A DNA stretch of 63,737 nucleotides, the filler included, from Hausera hauseri (lineage: Eukaryota), in the NCBI GenBank assembly GCA_046269625.1. It is 12 parts of 12 records of this genome, joined end to end, with 100 filler letters (N's around TTAATTAATTAA, not from the genome) between each part and the next. Parts side by side here need not be neighbours in the genome. Positions count along the whole stretch, not along the records: positions 4,904 to 13,571 come from JBJURY010573227.1; positions 13,672 to 18,699 come from JBJURY010356487.1; positions 18,800 to 22,964 come from JBJURY010726435.1; 9 more parts are not named here. The stretch is one strand, 5' to 3'. How positions within the stretch are numbered: position 1 is the first letter of the stretch; each line of letters begins with the position of its first letter. The notes under the pieces were generated by a model. That model was given only the letters and a program-made list of their open reading frames with translations. It made no database searches and was not told the DNA's origin. Both the position numbers and the translations under genes were made by a program. Shown here one piece after another: positions 10,642 through 22,765 of this stretch.

Positions 10642-13371
10642 GAGCAGCTGCCATTAATTCAGTCAATTGTATCTTGGTCATTATGGTATATTAAATAGTT
10701 GATCAAGCATTTTCACTTGAAACCTCTGTGAAGGCCACCTCCACAGTTATATTTAATCTATCAATCTGTATAAGAAATTAAATGAAAATACATACTTTAT
10801 TTAAGCACATAGTTACATCTATACTGACATTTAATTTTAAATAGTCATGAAAAAAATGTATTGAGTAATGTTAATGAACTAATAATATATTACTTTACAT
10901 TAGTGCTGGTAATGATTACATTTTTTGTGTTTGATAAATCAAAATTAATTTGTAGTTACACATAGACTGCCACTTGCTGTCCACCAGTCACATGTGGTTA
11001 GTAAGGCTTTCTGATGTGGCTGGCAGAGCCAAAGCCAGAATGATAATTTCTTGATTTTATTAAAGTGTAATATAACATGCTCAATTAAAGTGGCCTGCAA
11101 GGAACAAAAGCTTTCACAATGCAGCCTGTTTCAGCTTTCGCAATGCATCTGCCAGCATGAAAAGGCTGCTGACCACTTGTCTCATTACTGTAAATTTAAT
11201 TTTTAAGAAATTGTTTCAATAAATCTTTTCTGTTGCTAAAAAATACTAAATGTAATTAAATTTAGTCAAAAACTAAAACGATGACCTGGAGGAAATTAAA
11301 ATCAATAATTTAAACGTTTAATCAATAAAATCAGCATAATATTAAGTATAATTCTTTCTTACCGTACGGTGCATATTTTCATTGTGTCTTGTTGATACTA
11401 AGTCTTGCTAATTCAATTTTCAAAATGAAGACTGCATGTTCCATTGCTGAAAGACAGTACATTTTATTACATTCAAATTTATTTAAAATTACTACATTGC
11501 TTCTAATATATATTTTAGTATACAAGTTCTAATCTAATATTATCTCAGTGCATAAAGTAATCTGCAAGTACATATCAGTCTATATCTATTTGTTAAAACA
11601 ATTAATCAATCATTTAATGTAAAAAATTTGCAGCCCTATTTTAAGTACAATTCTTTCTTACCTGATGCAGCATATCTTCATTTCTGGTCTTTGTGGTACC
11701 ACTTTATTGGTATTAAGTCTTGCTGATATCATTTTCAAAATGAAGACTACAGGTTCCCTGGCAGAAAGAGTAATTTTTTTATTATCATATTTCTTTGAAA
11801 TCAATACATTATCTTCCTGAATATATTTTATTAAAAACGAAATTCTTTAATGTTATCTATCTTTTGCATTTGCTGTCTCCAAACAGTATGTCAGTTGTAC
11901 TTATCTATCTGGGTTTATCTGTGTAATCAACCAATTTATCCATATCTAATTATATCTAAATATCTCTGTAATCAATAAACTGAAATCAATCTATCTGCCT
12001 GGATGTTGTCGATTAACAACCCTTAATTAATTCTATATAAAAGTATGGAATATGTGTTAACAATACAGGATTATGTACAAATTTATCTTTATGTTTGGGT
12101 TGTCCGTGTTATTACTGTTATCAACATAGGATATGTATATATCTATATTTATGTCTTGAAGATCCTTATTTATATATATAATCTATCTATTCTATATTTA
12201 TTGATTATCGGCTTTTATAAATATTTTAATCTACGTAATCAAAGTACATCAATAAATAAATCAATATTTAAATGTTTATCTGTCCTGATTATTTAGTTAT
12301 GAACATTAATCAACACATCAATATCATTAGACAGTCTAACAAAATAACTGTTGGTGAAATGGGTGGCTTAATAATTAAACTATCTCAAATAATTAAGACA
12401 TTTTTGTTATCATAATTTTGCCTATAACAAAATAACATTGCAAATGGACGAAATTCCCTAACTAGGGGACTACTGAGTCAGTACTGCATTTAGAATAATC
12501 ATTAATAGTTAAAACTTTACTTAAAACGATTCGATGACGGATAACAACTGTCTTAATACTTGATTAAAAATTATAATGCTGTAAACTAATTTGAATCTAT
12601 TCAATCGTACACGAACTAAGATTATCATATATCGGTAATGGCGGTAGGCCATGGCCCTCATCTGCCTTACCTCGTGAAAATAAGACATTTATTTCTATCT
12701 CCAATCGAATGCGGAAGGCGGCTAAATAACGGAAGTGAAGCTTTTTAGAGAGTCTATTTACCGAAATAAAAAAGTATAATTAAAACGGTACCAGGTTAAA
12801 ATTTCACATAGATCTAGTTTTGATGCTGTCGAGTGTTAAATAAAAAAATTTTGTTTAACAAAAAGAATTCTATTTTATTATTCATCGTTGATTCTCTGTA
12901 CATTTGCCCCTTTTTTTTTTAAACGTCGAAAAATAAGAGACATATAAGATAAGCCTAGACTATACTCGGGCTAATATTTTCCGATCACAAATAAGAAAAA
13001 ATCTTACAAATAAGTCAATCTGAGAGCACTGCGGTGGGCCTATTTGCAGTCTGACAAGAACTAACACTATCACTAATGTTTTCTCGAAATGCTTACCTTT
13101 ATTACTGTACTAAGAATTGCAAATATGCTTGTCCGCATTATAACAATGCTGTAGGTTGTTCCTCTTATGTACGGTAAAACAGATGCCGTACAGCACCCTT
13201 ACAATACTAACTTCTTCGTTGATTTTAAATACTTCGTGGCTATAACTTTAAAGGAAAAATGGCGTCCTTCCTCCTCAAATAGTTCACGTCATGGGGAATT
13301 CCCGTTGAACAGTGAGGCCTATATATAGAGAAGGTTTTGTGGTTAGGCGAAGCAGTCCCGTTTTGAGAGGA

Positions 13372-13550
13372 CAGGGCCGGCTATAGCTATGTGCAAACTG
13401 TTCGCCTGCACAGGGCCGCCACACCGGATGGGCCTCCAAATTACAAAGGCTGCAAGGGGCCTCCAAATCAGAAGTTCCAACACATTACAATATATATCGG
13501 GCCACCAATTTGTTATTTGCACAGGGTGCCACAAGTCTAGAACCATCCTA
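13372..13550. mobile_element. Degenerate short hAT-like MITE
   Basis: Starts CAGGGCCGGC, has internal GCACAGGG and GGGCCTCCAAAT repeats; the right end is degenerate. Confidence 0.35.
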
Positions 13551-13934
13551 GAGGGGAGGTTTAAGAGGCCANNNNNNNNNNNNNNNNNNNNNNNNNNNNN
13601 NNNNNNNNNNNNNNNTTAATTAATTAANNNNNNNNNNNNNNNNNNNNNNNNNNNNNNNNNNNNNNNNNNNNTTTATTTAAATTTAGAAATCTAATCAATA
13701 TCCCATGTATTGCGTCTCTCGCATACATGAGGAGGTAGAACATTGCCATTAACAAATGGAGAAATATTATAAGTGGACAGAGACACATATCTGAATCCGA
13801 CGTGTAATATTTCATCCCACTATCCGTACTCAGATTTTTATGAGATGCACAAGCATCGTCTCGAACCCTTTACACAGTTGAAGAAGATGATGCTAGTGCA
13901 TTGGTCCATGTATCCACGGTACTGAACAAGTACA

Positions 13935-16900
13935 GTGCACAACGTTGATGGTTGCCATGGTGCAATGGAGCAATACTATGGTGCCACAATGTTGCACAGT
14001 AAACAAGTCTATATATGTCCCACTTGTTCTATAGTTAATGAAATCAACTATGAACAATTTTGTAATGAGCACAAGGACCACTTGAACCAGTTTCAGAGGT
14101 TGAAAAAGGAAATGTTAACGGAGGCAGCAAAATGCAGTATTTCCTCAACAAGCAGGAGATGTCAAGCATCAAAAAGTCTTAATGAATACCTGCAAAGCAG
14201 CAATACAGAACATCAGCAGCAGCAGCAGGAATCGCCAATTACTGTCAAGTACGATCTAAACAGATCATACGTGAACACAAAAGTAAACATGTTGGCGAAA
14301 TCAGCAACTCAACTGAGGCATGTACGCGCTCATGTGCGCAACCAGTTAGAAACCGAAGAGGAGAAATTCAAACATCACAACTGCAAAGTGCAATATTATG
14401 TACTTGCCGAATTTGAGAATCTGCAGGGTGACAGTAAACAATGGTATCTGTTACATCAGTTCTATATTTCAAAGATTTTATTGCCGACATAAGTGAAAGC
14501 TGGACGAAAAAATCGCCAACTACACCGAAAATGGTAGTGGATGGCGAATAATAAAAATTGCCACTCTTGGTTTTATTATAACAAAGTCGAGTGTCATAAT
14601 TTACCTGTCCTGCCGTTTATTCATACCGACACCTGAAGCTCTAAAAGACTGTTATGCGGTAGTGAATAGACAAAACACGGACGATGATTACTGTTTTATT
14701 TACAGTATTCTGGTGGTATTAAAATATGACAAAGTGGACAGACATAGTGCATATGGTCCAAGTCAGTATCGGCAGTATTTTTTCAAATTTCAATTCGACG
14801 AAAACTGGATGCCTATGAAACTAAAAACCATTCCAATATTTGAAAGGAGTAATCCGACACTGTCAATCAACGTATTCCGGTACATTACAATAGCTGAAAT
14901 ACCGGCAGACAAAGAAATTTACAAGAATCCACATGTGGATATAATTTATGGAAGTTGGAACCCAAATGGACTCACAGTAAATTTGTTATTGTTGGAGGAG
15001 ACAAAAACTTCATTATGTGGCCGTGACAAATTTGGACTGACTGTTGAACATGGATCACTATCAGTTTGTCCAAAAGCGTATACAATGTAAATGGTGTCCT
15101 GTATGTCTGCATGGGTTTAGGTCAAAAACAACATCGGAGAAACATGTGATGCTGTGCAAGCAGAATTCAGCAGGAACAACCATGTACATCGTGCCACTCA
15201 AAAAGCAGCTCCGATTCAATGACTGGTCGAAAACGGACAGTCCGGCATATGTGGTATATACCGATATTGAGGCAATTCTACCACGGCACAACATATATGA
15301 TCAAAAACATGTTCCAATCGCCGTTGGTATGTTGGTTGTCCCAATAAAAGCGGTCAGTCAGCTGCAGTATTACGCCTTTCACGGCTGGAACTGTGTAAGT
15401 GATTTTCTGCAACGTTTGGAAACGATAGTAGAAACGGATATCTAACCGTGGTATCTCAATAACAGCACAAAACCCCTGATTTAGACAGATGAGGACAAAC
15501 GCCTGACTTTTGCAATCACAGAGGAATGTTATCTGTGCCATAAAATATTACCATTTGATGCACAGGAACGACTCGTTCCGGATCACGACCATTTCACCGG
15601 TCGATACCTGGGAGTAGCATGCAACGCATGCAATTTAGCGAGGCGTGTGCGGCAATTCCTACCGGTGATCTTCCTTAATTTCCGAGGTTATTATTGTCAC
15701 CATATACTGAAATGTCCATCAACGGATTCCCGCACTGGAAACTGTCCATAATCCCAACAACAGTAGAGAAGTATTTGTTCCTGTCAGCACGCATAAACCG
15801 GTTCCAGGTACGCTTCTTTGATTCATTGCAATTTCTTAATGAATCACTGGCAAAGCTGGTAAATGCCTTGCCGGATGTGCCAATATCCTCAACGCAGTTC
15901 CCCACATATATTGCACGCAGCAAAGGCATATTCCCATATGACTTTGCAACATCGTGTGAGCGACTCCGGACCGCAGAGGAATTACCGCCGCGATGGACAG
16001 GTATCGCAGAGGATCAATACCACAAAGCACAGAGGTGTTGGATAAAACTCGGCTGTAGAAACATGCTCCAATATCTTAAACTGGGCGTGTACCTGTTAGC
16101 CGATGTATTCCAGGCGTTTCGAGCGAAATCGTTGGCTGAAGATAGGCGGGAGCCACTCAACTTTTATTTCATACCGGGAATGAGTTGGGCGTTAGCTCTA
16201 ATGTCACTGGATCGAGACATTGAATTGATGAAAGACCGGGAAATGTACCGGCTGTTTTATGTTGGTATTCGCAGCGGCATGACATTTGTCAACAATCATC
16301 AGGTCAGTGCTGCCGATACCACATTACTGCTGTATATTGATGTTAATAACCTGTACGGCTGGGCGCTTTGGCAACCCTTGCAGTACGGTTCGTTTGAATG
16401 GATATTCGACAGACAAGATGTGGACGACATAATGGTCAACCTACCACGAGCAGACATAGCAAGCTCAGTCGGATACCTGATGGAGGTCGACTTCGTGGTA
16501 CCAGATGAGTTGCATGACGTTTGGACGTGTTACCGGTCGCACCATTTAACTAATGTCCACCAAGCTCAAAAGTGAAGAAACTGCTTATGACGCCTGGACC
16601 GAAGCTGAATTACGTGGTCCAGTGACGTTTTATACAGTTCTACACGCACCTCGGTGTATGCGTCGCACAGCTGCATCGCGCAATCAAATTCAATCAGGCG
16701 CAGATATTCAAGGCATACATTGACGGAAATTCAGAATAACGAGCTTCAGCTTGTACAAAGTTCGAAAAGGACTACTACAAGCTGAAAAACAATTCTTTCT
16801 ATGGAAAATCTGAAAAAGCGGCTCAATGTACGCTTATGCAAAAGCGAAAAACGGTTGGTCACGTACACGAGTAAGGCGCACTTTTGGCCGTCAATGCACA

Positions 16901-17556
16901 TTGCCGATGGATTGGTTGCGGTGATGTTAAACAGAGAAGAAGTCGTATTGGACCGGCCAAGTTACACTGGACAAGTGGCATTGGACCTGAGCAAGTTGCG
17001 AATGTACAAGCTCTAGTATCGCAACTTGACACATTACCGGCAAATATTTGATGGCTGTGAGATCAGTATCGTAGCCAGTGGCCCAGACATCTTTCCCTTG
17101 AGCTGAAAAACCTCAATTTCGACCAACTGCTCCGACAAATGATGGCAGATGGACTATTGGACACGTACAACTACCCACCGGATTATCCGTTGTACAGCAG
17201 CACGATCACTAAAAAAATCGGCTGCTTTAAGGACGAAAGTGAAGGCCGGGTTTAATACAGGGAATGGATATTTTTGGGCTCAAAGTGCTACAGTCTTCTG
17301 ACAGACTGTGCACCAAAAATGCGAGCAAAATGCATCCAGCTGAAACAGACGGAAATAAGTCATGGTGATTATCGCCGCATCTACAATGGACAAGAAGAAG
17401 AAGGAAAGGCTGTTGTGTCTCAAACGACCGTGTGATCGATTGAGCACCAGCTGTATACCATCACAAATAAAAAGGTTGCGTTATCATGCAACGATGACAG
17501 GCGAACGTGGGTGGGGCGAAATAAGAGTTGGGCGTACGGACATTGTCGTTTGGAAT
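13935..17556 (+). pseudogene. Protein-primed family B DNA polymerase (Polinton/adintovirus type, EndoVII-containing), disrupted
   Basis: Motifs in order: GSGW, YCFIYSIL, SINVF, CPVC, ExoI YTDIEA, EndoVII DHDHFTGRYLGVACNACNL, FDSLQFL, KGIFPYDF, LLADVF, motif A YIDVNNLYGWAL, motif B KLKNNSFYGK, GCFKDE, C-terminal YGH. Many stops and frameshifts. Confidence 0.9.
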
Positions 17557-17902
17557 AAAACACGCGATTTCTTCGGCGACGACGACGACGACAACGACGC
17601 AATACAGAGATATTAATGGATATAACAATGCAGTGATCCAGTTACTATAACAATCATCTGTATAATGGAATATTTTGCAAATAATGTACATTGGTCAGTG
17701 CTTTGGGTTTCTGTTTCATTATCATTTAATTTATCTATCTACCCATATATATATATATATAGCTTAATGTGCGAAACAATATAAAAACAAACTCAATTAT
17801 ATTTATTGATTATAAGCTAAAATTAAAAACAAAGTAAGTCAAATAAGTGTAAACTTTCCAAGTTTCCATATTGGTGATTTAACTCAGATCCTTGTATTCT
17901 TT

Positions 17903-18281
17903 CTATTTCAATGTTAGATGGCCTTTAGCTCCTTCCGGTGGCAAAACTGCTTTTGCTGTTGCTGCTGCTGCTGTCTCTCTGCCATGTGAACTGACAATTT
18001 TCGCCATATTTCCTTTGAGAAAAATGTACGATGTATCTCGGACATCGTTACTCACCGCCAAATCATTGATAACTCTTCTAATTATGTCTTCCATCGTATC
18101 AAAATCATCGTCGCCGATCTTTCTCACCAATAGACCATATTGCACCGGTTTGGTTTTGACGGTTTGCGTCAATGGCAATTGAATGGCGTTTCGCAGATAA
18201 TGTAAGTCGTATCCATTATACAACCGGGAATTTCTGAGCGAATATTCACTGTACCGTGTCTTTTTTGAGAGTCTGTCGTTA
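17903..18281 (-). CDS. Unknown ORF convergent with pPolB (3' part; runs into a gap), probably a Polinton gene
   Basis: Open frame up to the N-gap, tail-to-tail with pPolB and separated by an AT-rich spacer. No motif recognised. Confidence 0.4.
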
Positions 18282-18799
18282 NNNNNNNNNNTTTTCAAAA
18301 GACATTGTTTAAAAAAGACAAACGTCGACGGAAATAGCATCTCTATTTATATAAAAGGTTTGTTTCCATTGCATACAATAGATATTTACTTTGTGAGTAT
18401 TGTCTCATCACAATAATACAAATTACATTTATGTTACTAAAGTCATTCTTAATGAATGTGTACAATTTCCATTATAGTCCATGATTATTATTATAACCTA
18501 TCTGTATTTATAATTTTGAACAGAGAAATACATTTATTTATTTGCATGAAATATAGTCAATATAAAGCCGTAGACATTTTTTGTAAGCACAATGCGATGC
18601 ATAATCACGATACAGATATCGGATATTGCCAAGTACCATCGCCAGCGATTTGTTGGATATTGTTGAATACGTCGTCATTCGAAACTGTGGAAACTGTGAN
18701 NNNNNNNNNNNNNNNNNNNNNNNNNNNNNNNNNNNNNNNNNNNTTAATTAATTAANNNNNNNNNNNNNNNNNNNNNNNNNNNNNNNNNNNNNNNNNNNN

Positions 18800-19403
18800 C
18801 GAATTTCGATTATTCGACTCGATATTATAGATCGCCATACACGATTTCCTATCTGTCCCCGCTAAATTTTGAATTGAATTTTGAGTCCTTAAGACCTAAA
18901 AACCTATGGGAAATCTGTCTCAGTTGCACTTACGATCGATATTATTCGAAATCGACTCGATCTAAATTCTAATTGCACATTCATATAGTGCATCGTATTT
19001 CCAATCGATTGCACCCGGTGCTGTGCCTTAATCATCAATATTGGGATTATGGGAAATCCGATATTATTGATTTTTGCACACTTGCACACATGTTTCTGCA
19101 CTGCACAGCATATATCAAGGTGCATCTCGATGTTCTCTATCTACCTGAACTTGGCCCCTATAGATTCGAGCATTCCTAGGGCGTACAGAAACAAATATGT
19201 AAAAAGTGTAAAAGTGCCATGGCAACCGTGCCCAAAAATATCCCATTTGGTAGTGCACCGTATGTGCTACCGACCAGAACTTGCTCCAGATCGAAATTAT
19301 CGATTTTTATTTTATAGTGCGCACTATCAATTGGCACGTGCAAAATTGATTTATCGATTACCACCCCCCGGAGGTGGGACAGACATTCCATTTTTATACT
19401 ACT
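18800..19403 (-). mobile_element. Second member of the AGTAGT-terminated TIR family (one end only)
   Basis: The minus strand starts AGTAGTATAAAAATGG...CACCTCCGGGGGG, similar to AGTAGTGTGAAAATG...CACTTCCCGGGGG at 1887. Internal 18800-19330 is similar to the reverse complement of about 2040-2480. It interrupts a gag. Confidence 0.75.
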
Positions 19404-19700
19404 TGAATCGTCTACAACAGTAAGCAACGCTCTGATAGAGGTGGGTAAGGAAGAAAGAAAATACCGACGAAGATGATCGGCATTGTTTGTAGGAGTAACG
19501 CCTAAGGAAATCAGTTGATAAGCAACAAGGTGGGTCATGGACGTTAAGGATAGAGCCATGATACGATAGATAAAAGTTTGAGGAGTGAAGCAGGAAGCAT
19601 AGATGTGTTTAGAGGGATTGTGTAGGGTCTATATGCGGCGCACTGAAAGTAAACATGTTTGTTGTTTGAGAAAACAGAGGGAATGGGGACGTAGTGCTGC
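19404..19700 (-). pseudogene. Internally deleted Gypsy gag with an N-terminal Ubl region (copy 2)
   Basis: FSNNKHV / TFSAPHIDPTQSL*THLCFLLHSSNFYLSYHGSILNVHD and NNADHLRRYFLSSLPTSIRALLTVVDD align with 53980-54740. Confidence 0.75.
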
Positions 19701-19754
19701 AGGAGCGGGCATGCGCGGTCCCTCAGCCAGAAAATTCCGTGGTTGCACATTCAG

Positions 19755-21677
19755 TCTACGTAAATGTTTTCTAACATTTCATTATCGTCAGGGGAATTGT
19801 AATCACTTTGTAAGGGTAGTTGTTGTGGTTGTGATGATCTGTAGATGCTTACATTTCGACCAAAATCAAGAAAACCGGGACCACTTCTCGATGAGGAAAG
19901 GACAGAACTTTCCTGATAAGGGCTATCATAGTTCTAAAATAATGTATAAATTTTATGGGAATTACGAACATCGTTCCACATTTTAATTGATGGAATACTG
20001 ATATATGAATAATTATATCAATTACCTTGTAATGATAACGACTCGGGCATTGTCATTTTCGGCATTTTTGCTCCGGAAAATGTATTTTATCTGATAACTG
20101 CTGGTGATTCATCATCGGAACTGTTTGTATCGGAATTCTGATCATCCGCATCATCATCAATTAGTGCTGTCGCCATTCCTAAAACATTTTCTCCAAAATC
20201 TGATTTCTTACTTAGCTTCGAAGAAATACTTTCTTGGAAATTGGCGTTGGCTCAGATAAGTTTACCAAGTGCAGGTTGATGATCAGTTTCATCAATCTTA
20301 GTGATTGTACTATCCCAATCATGATAATCGTTTCTTTTTTTAAATAATTTATGGTATTCCTTGGATCAAGATAAGTTTCAACAACGGTAGGCCACCTTTC
20401 ATCTATGATGCCAAATGTTCAACCCGCACTGGATGTTTAATAATTTTCCATAGTAACCCATTATAACCGGAACGCACAGTTACACAATACTCGTCTATCA
20501 AATTAATTGTATTAAGGAAAATATCGATTAGATGCACAATAGTAATTCGATTAGGGGATTCAGCTGAAATGTCGGAAAATATTGCATCGAGAATTCTCAA
20601 AAGACCGATATGAAAAAGGGATTTCCATGGATATTCGGTAATGCAGTTCATTGTAGACGATGAGAGTTTGGATTCGGCGAGTATTGTATTCAATTTAGCA
20701 TCTTTCAGTTTAACTAAATACTCCACGAAAAATTCGAATTCCAATCGAATAGGATCATATGGGATAATTTTGCCAATTGTTGTCGGTAAAGGATTTGATG
20801 TATGCTTTGGAGGATTGTGAAATATTTGAACGATATGGTGAAAAATATTGACTAAAAGATCCATACAATTCGTGATTGTAATCATATCATGGTGATTCAT
20901 TTCAACATCTAAAAGCCCATGGATGATGGACACGCATGCAAAATTCAGAGAATAATCAATCTTAAAGTTTCTGACAAATTCAAATAAAGCTTCTAGATAA
21001 TCTTTTTCTTGTAAAAGTGGAACCATTCACTTAATCGTTCCCATACTTGGCAGTTTCGTTATAATGAGTTCTGCCACACCACAAAGTAACTGTTGAACTT
21101 AACTATTTCTGAAATCTGACTTGCCCAGTTGTTTAACGGATTTAAGTAAGAATCGACTTTCATCAAGAAGTCGTATACGTTACACATACTGACGATCTTC
21201 ACACATCGAATAATAAATCAAAAAGTGGATCAGTGCAGCTGCTTCAACATGCTTTAATATTAAATCAGTGCTGTTTTGCCATACCAAAACATTTCACCGT
21301 TTTTTTAATTTTCATGTTTGAAAATATTTACCAAAAGCTTTAAAGTAAAACTCATCATTAACGGATTAACGTACTCATTATTTTCAAAAAATTCTAATAA
21401 CTGCATGAAATACGGCTTATCGCCATCGCCATGACCCTCAAGGAAAACTTTGCTAAGTTTCACGTTGTTACTTGATAAAACTTCCGCGACCAAAGCTGAA
21501 TACTTAAATTGTAAGTTTTTATCCGGTGGAGTATCCAACACATGACTGGTTAGGAAATAAAGGTTTGGTTTTTGACATAAATATTTAATTTAAACATATC
21601 TTGAAAAGATTAATAGAATTATCTTCAACATGAGCCGAAAACATTTTCTGACACCAATTTAAATCCCGACTGAACAT
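19755..21677 (-). pseudogene. SAPS-domain PP6 regulatory subunit (PPP6R/SAP-like), frameshifted
   Basis: Motifs FKYSALVAEVLSS, VNPLMMSFTLKLL, DLILKH, TTIG...IRL and RSGYNGLL, plus an acidic/Ser-rich tail. Several frame breaks. Confidence 0.72.
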
Positions 21678-21989
21678 TATAAAGGAGTAGCTATAATGAA
21701 TCCCAAAGAAAAGGCTGCTAAACAACAACTTTTATTTCTATTCAAAAAATATCAAATATCAATTATTCAATTATTCACACAGTTATATGTACGAATATAT
21801 ATGGAATATGATAGTCAAATAAAAAAAGAACTGCAAACTGGTATTACACGATACGAGATAACGTCATACAAAAGATAAAGCTCTATTCAGCGATTTCACA
21901 ACTTCTTCTGCAAGCTAGAAAGGAAAATTGTAGAAGTACGAGATGACGTAACATTTTAAAAGGACCATTCTTTAATCTAAAATACTTAC

Positions 21990-22546
21990 GATGATGTAGC
22001 CTTTGATTTATTTGTCGTCGACGCAGACGACGAATGTGAAATCAAAGGTTGAGAGAAGTTCACAGAACCCGTGCTGTTGTTGTATGATAAATCAATTCCA
22101 TTCGAGTACTGATTATTGCTACTGACATCCGAAAGACACGTTGGTGGTGGCAAATTTGGCGGACTCTGTGAAAGATGCGAACGTTGGTGTAACAGTAGTT
22201 TGGCCACTGACGAATTGAGAGTATTTGGATTTTTAATCGGTACCATGTTTGAACCTGATCCGAAATTATACCATTTGTGTTGATAGTGAGTCATACCTTT
22301 AATAAGATTGGCCTTCACGTCGTATCCCGTTCCATTACCTGAAAATAGCGGTATTAATCGCACCTCATATGTCATCACTACCATTAGAATTTGGAGGATA
22401 CTGACCTGAATTCCTTAGTGATAAAAATGCTTTTCGGCGGATGAGACAAAAGACGATTGTGATAACCATTACAAGAACGGACACGGCTATAAACAGTCCA
22501 ACGTACATGGCGATATCTCGAGCTTCCTGCATACTTGTCGATGTTG
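21990..22546 (-). CDS. Two internal exons (22546-22406, 22338-21990) of an UNC-5-like netrin receptor (TM and juxtamembrane region)
   Basis: DIAMYVGLFIAVSVLVMVITIVFCLIRRK resembles the UNC5 DVALYVGL TM signature. A 67-nt GT-AG intron (22339-22405) restores the frame, and the outer splice sites are canonical. Confidence 0.65.
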
Positions 22547-22589
22547 CTGCGTAAATGAATTGTTTTAATATTGGTAGTGTTGCGAACAA

Positions 22590-22765
22590 AATACGATTAT
22601 TAATTGATTAAATGTTGCTACTAAAAGCATATGCTAGAAGATACGATTATTGATTGTTGCATACGATTATTAATTGATTTGCATTATTAATTGTTGCTAC
22701 TAAAAGCATATGCTAGAAGATACGATTATTGATTGATTGTTAATTGATTTACATTATTAATTGTT
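22590..22765. repeat. Degenerate AT-rich tandem repeat (ATACGATTATTAATTGATT / TTGCTACTAAAAGCATATGCTAGAAG)
   Basis: Repeated units are directly visible. Confidence 0.7.

Larger units (their letters stand above)
4992..13341 (+). mobile_element. P-superfamily (THAP9/Galileo-like) DNA transposon, 8350 bp
   Basis: TIRs of about 70 bp (CACAAAACCTTCTCTATATATAGGCCTCACTG...CATGACGTGAACTA) at 4992-5060 and 13273-13341 enclose a THAP transposase. The flanks gtaccag and gttaggc do not form a TSD. Confidence 0.92.

Noticed and set aside
11400-11757. CSLHFEN peptides on the minus strand as a second THAP gene
   Set aside because: Stops follow within a few codons in both copies and no other THAP motif is present.
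12045-12296. 83-aa hydrophobic ORF
   Set aside because: Low-complexity AT/TATC-rich sequence giving a chance I/Y/L-rich ORF.
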